A stretch of DNA of 28,095 nt, from NCBI GenBank assembly GCA_039208735.1, contig JBCCQY010000118.1:1-28095 (forward strand). Reading direction: 5' to 3'. This stretch comes from Myxococcota bacterium. GTDB lineage: Bacteria > Myxococcota_A > UBA796 > GCA-2862545. The translations under genes were made by a program, and so were the position numbers. Below, piece by piece: positions 24,740 through 28,095 of the stretch (position 1 is its first letter; every line of letters starts with the position of its first letter). Under the pieces are notes generated by a model that ran no database searches, was not told where the DNA came from, and saw only the letters and a list, made by a program, of their open reading frames with translations.

Positions 24740-27429
24740 CGCCATGGTGGCTGGGGTTGGCAGCGCTTGCGGAACCGCCATCGCCCCAAGATGCCCTCAA
24801 CCCTGTGTTGGCCACGCTGTACGTCGAAGCCCGCGCCGATGAAGCGGCAGGTCGGTACCGTGAAGCCGCCAATGGGTATGCCGTGGTTCTTCGCGGCGAT
24901 CCGTGGTTCGACAACGCGGTCCTGGACTTGGGCCGCGTCCTCGAACGGTCGGACCGGTATGACGAGGCCATCGAGGTTTATGCCAAGCGTCCCGACGACC
25001 CCGATGCAACCGAAGCACGCGCCCGCCTACTGCTCGATCTGGGGGATTTCGATCGGGCTCGAGCCCTCATTCGCGATTTGCGGCAACTTCGGCCCAATCG
25101 ACCAGACTGGAGGCTCCTCGATGCGCGGGCTCGGGCGCGTACCGATCCGGTCGCCGCCTCCAATCGCCTCGAAGACTATTTGGCGTTCTACGGTACAAGC
25201 GTGGACGATCCAGGTTTCGAGATCGCATGGTCCGTGACGCTGGAGGCGCTGCGTCGGGAAGGAGAGCATGCGGTGGCTCGGCAACGGCTCGATGGCTGGA
25301 TCGCCCGCTTTCCCAAGGCCGAACACACCGAAGGACTCACTCGAGCCCGTCGAGACCTCGACATCGATCGGGCGGCTCGGGCCTTAGCCGCATCGGGCTC
25401 CGATGCGTTGTCCTCCGATCAGATCCATCAGTTGACGACCGCGCGGCGCGCCTTCGCAGAGCGCGACTATCCTCGGGCGGCGGCCCTCCTCGAAGAACTC
25501 CTCCAAGCGAGTCCTCGATCCGCCGTTGCATGGGCTACCCTCTCCGATGTTCGAGCGGCGCAGGGAGCGCTCACGGCCTCAGTCGAGGCGATCGATGCGG
25601 CCATCGAACTGGCTCCACTCGATGCCGACCTTCAGGTTCGTCGTGGCGACCGGCTGCTGGAAGGCTTTGGCGGCCGCCTTGATCCACAAGCCCTCGAGGC
25701 CTATCGGCGAGCCGTGGAGCGAAGGCCCACCGATGCGGCCATCTGGCTCGCCAAGGCCTCGGCGGAACGACGGACCGGACACTGGCAACAGGCACTGGCA
25801 AGCTACCGAGAAGTGCTTCGCCTCGAGCCACACGGCCCGCTTGCCGACAAAGCTCACCGCGCCATCGAAGGAGCGGTGCGGCCCCTGCCGTCTCCTCCCG
25901 AACAGCTTCCCGCCCGAGGACGACCCCCAGGAGTGCCCGAAGCCGCATGGTCGGCCTACTTTCGAGCTTGGGCGTGGCGGGAGTACCGGCCGAGCGACGC
26001 CGAGTCCATGGCACTTGAAGAGGCGGAAGAGCGCGCGTGGAATGAGGTGAAGCAGGCCCGCGCCCTCGCGCCTCGCTTTACGCCTGCGATGAACCTCGAA
26101 GCGACCCTCCTCGCCGATCGGGGGTCGATCGACGAGGCCATCGCCTTGATTCGAGCGTCGCTCGCGATCGATGCCACCCAGCGCGAGACCTGGTTCACAC
26201 TCGCACAGGTGCTGGAGGACGAAAACGACCCCGAAGCGGTGACGGCCTATGCCAAAGCTGCGGAACTTGGCCATCCTGAGGCACTATGGCGACGGGCCGA
26301 GGCTCAAACCGACGCGCGCCAGTGGTGGGCGGCCCGGGAGACACTGGGCACCTACTTCGCGGCGACGACTCACGGGCCTCGGTACGAAGCGGCCCGCCAG
26401 CTCGATGCGGCCTTGGATCGACGGGTTCGCCTTCTCACGGGATTGGGCGGGCTGGGGCTGGGGTTTAGCTTTCTCACCCCGCTCTTCCTCCGTTGGTGGC
26501 GCCGATCGGGCGTTGGCCTGCAAGGGTTGGCCGAGCAGGTTCCCCGCGAGACGGCAGCCATCGCCCGCCTGCTGTCTGCGATTCGGCACGAGGTGCTCAA
26601 ACACCACACTTCCGTCCTGCCAAGCGTCGCCAAGGCCTTGGATCAAGGCGACGACGGACCGGCATCCTGGGTCGCGGACCGCTTGTACGGATCCGACGGC
26701 GCGCTGGCCCGGCTTGACCGCTATCTGGCAGAACTCGCGGTGATTGGCAGACGCCACGACACCAGGCTCAACCTTCGCTATCGCGACGCCGACCTCGGCC
26801 GACTCATCGATGCGACCCGCCGGTTGCGACGACTCGAGTCCTCGCTTCGCCGGCCCCGAGACCCGGCTCGCCTCGCCGATCGGTTGCGCGCGATCGTCTC
26901 CGATCTTCATGACCACGTGTACCCCGCGCTGGGGCGCCGCATCGCGCGACTCTCCACCCGCCGACTCCAAGCCGCGGCCATCGAGCGAGTGGTTGCCGAG
27001 GTCGTGGCAGAGCCCGCATTCGTGGGTATCGAAGGGTTGGCCGGAACCGTGGAATGGCCCACGGAACCTGTCTACGTCCAGGTGGACCCTGGCGATTTGG
27101 CGGATGTCCTCGGCAACCTGGTGCGGAATGCGTTCGCCGCGAGTTCAACGCTCGAGGACTTCGAACACCGCAGGATTCTGCTTCGAGGAACCATCGAGTC
27201 CGATCCCATCACCGGACTCGAACAGATCGCCATTGCCGTGGCCGACCATCATCCCGCCCCCTTGACCACCGCAATGGTCCGTGGCCGGTACATCGCACGA
27301 GGGCTTGGGCTCGCCGTGGATCTCACGTCGCGCGCGGGCGGCGCGATCACCGTTGAACCGTGTGATGGCTACGCGAAGGCGGTGGTGGTGCGTCTGCCAT
27401 CGGTGGAATCCCCAGAGGAGTTCCCGTGA
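24736..27429 (+). CDS. TPR-repeat membrane histidine-kinase-like protein (897 aa)
   Basis: Short hydrophobic N-terminus, many TPR-like repeats, one TM (LLTGLGGLGLGFSFLTPLFL then RWWRR), H-box-like IRHEVLKH, N box VLGNLVRNA, G2 RGLGL. Confidence 0.8.
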   Translation: MTPWWLGLAALAEPPSPQDALNPVLATLYVEARADEAAGRYREAANGYAVVLRGDPWFDNAVLDLGRVLERSDRYDEAIEVYAKRPDDPDATEARARLLLDLGDFDRARALIRDLRQLRPNRPDWRLLDARARARTDPVAASNRLEDYLAFYGTSVDDPGFEIAWSVTLEALRREGEHAVARQRLDGWIARFPKAEHTEGLTRARRDLDIDRAARALAASGSDALSSDQIHQLTTARRAFAERDYPRAAALLEELLQASPRSAVAWATLSDVRAAQGALTASVEAIDAAIELAPLDADLQVRRGDRLLEGFGGRLDPQALEAYRRAVERRPTDAAIWLAKASAERRTGHWQQALASYREVLRLEPHGPLADKAHRAIEGAVRPLPSPPEQLPARGRPPGVPEAAWSAYFRAWAWREYRPSDAESMALEEAEERAWNEVKQARALAPRFTPAMNLEATLLADRGSIDEAIALIRASLAIDATQRETWFTLAQVLEDENDPEAVTAYAKAAELGHPEALWRRAEAQTDARQWWAARETLGTYFAATTHGPRYEAARQLDAALDRRVRLLTGLGGLGLGFSFLTPLFLRWWRRSGVGLQGLAEQVPRETAAIARLLSAIRHEVLKHHTSVLPSVAKALDQGDDGPASWVADRLYGSDGALARLDRYLAELAVIGRRHDTRLNLRYRDADLGRLIDATRRLRRLESSLRRPRDPARLADRLRAIVSDLHDHVYPALGRRIARLSTRRLQAAAIERVVAEVVAEPAFVGIEGLAGTVEWPTEPVYVQVDPGDLADVLGNLVRNAFAASSTLEDFEHRRILLRGTIESDPITGLEQIAIAVADHHPAPLTTAMVRGRYIARGLGLAVDLTSRAGGAITVEPCDGYAKAVVVRLPSVESPEEFP

Positions 27430-27881
27430 TTCGTGTCCTCGTGATCGAAGATGGCACCGAGTACACCGACACGATGCATCGGTTTGTCGCACCTAAGGGA
27501 TTCGAGTTCGTCCGTGCAGGGTCGGGCGTGGAGGCGCTTGCGGCAGTCCAACGATCGGCGTTCGACGTTCTCTTTCTAGATATGCGGTTCGACCGCGTAC
27601 CCGACCACGAACTGATTGGCGACCTCACCGCGGCAACCGAGCGGTGCAACGGCGACCCTGTGGCCGGCCTTCGGTTCTTGCAAGATCATCAGGGCACCTA
27701 CATTCTGGCCGCAATTCGAGAGGCGGGCTCGACCCTGCCCGTCCTCATGTCCTACGACTTCGACAATGAAGGACGCCGATTGGCCCGGCTCGTGGAGCGT
27801 TACGGGCCGCTCGAGGCTTGTCGAGATGTGGCGTCACCCGATGAGGTAGCGAACCAACTGCGGCGTCTCGCGCGAAGCTAG
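27426..27881 (+). CDS. Single-domain response regulator (151 aa)
   Basis: RVLVIEDG, FDVLFLD, LPVLMS; GTGA overlap with the kinase stop. Confidence 0.85.
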   Translation: MIRVLVIEDGTEYTDTMHRFVAPKGFEFVRAGSGVEALAAVQRSAFDVLFLDMRFDRVPDHELIGDLTAATERCNGDPVAGLRFLQDHQGTYILAAIREAGSTLPVLMSYDFDNEGRRLARLVERYGPLEACRDVASPDEVANQLRRLARS

Positions 27882-28095
27882 GGAGGCGTGGGCCCGTAGT
27901 CGTCGTCAAAGCAATACTCCGCCGCTCCGGTGCAATCGATGCTGTACGCCTCGGTCACGAAATCGGAGTAGCACTCAACAAAATCGGCGTCTGGCTCGTT
28001 AGCTAGACAGCCTGCGACCAGGTCGTCGAACTCCCCCTGTGTACACTCGTAGGTCGAGTACTCTTGGAGGCAGAAGCAGACGGCCGCGGCCCCAA
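27878..28095 (-). CDS. C-terminal end of a Cys-rich acidic protein (partial)
   Basis: Hand translation GAAAVCFCLQEYSTYECTQGEFDDLVAGC...EYCFDDDYGPTPP*: 7 Cys in 71 aa. Stop shares the CTAG at 27878-27881 with the convergent gene. Confidence 0.6.
   Translation of the reverse strand, partial: GAAAVCFCLQEYSTYECTQGEFDDLVAGCLANEPDADFVECYSDFVTEAYSIDCTGAAEYCFDDDYGPTPP

Overview
GC-rich (visually about two-thirds G+C), densely coding bacterial DNA whose gene content looks myxobacterial/deltaproteobacterial (inference). Left to right: a partial Pro-rich ORF; a divergent pheS-pheT pair (minus); a candidate 31-aa membrane peptide; a hypothetical protein; a TerB-like protein; fbp; an M1 aminopeptidase with HEAT-like repeats. 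Next is a tightly coupled nine-gene cluster (9852-20771): NrdG-like radical SAM, several uncharacterised proteins, a soluble FtsH-like AAA+/M41 protease, a RavA/MoxR ATPase, a degenerate vWA partner and an STM4014-like ATP-grasp protein. The core resembles the computationally described 'FtsH ternary system'; the attached ATP-grasp gene is the most unusual part. Then come an RRM protein with a (GPRGPG)x6 tail, a HAD/App1-like phosphatase, a four-gene atypical phosphorelay (H-box protein, sigma54 activator, TPR kinase, receiver) and a partial Cys-rich ORF. I saw no rRNA, tRNA, CRISPR array or mobile element. All family calls come from motifs read by eye, not from searches.
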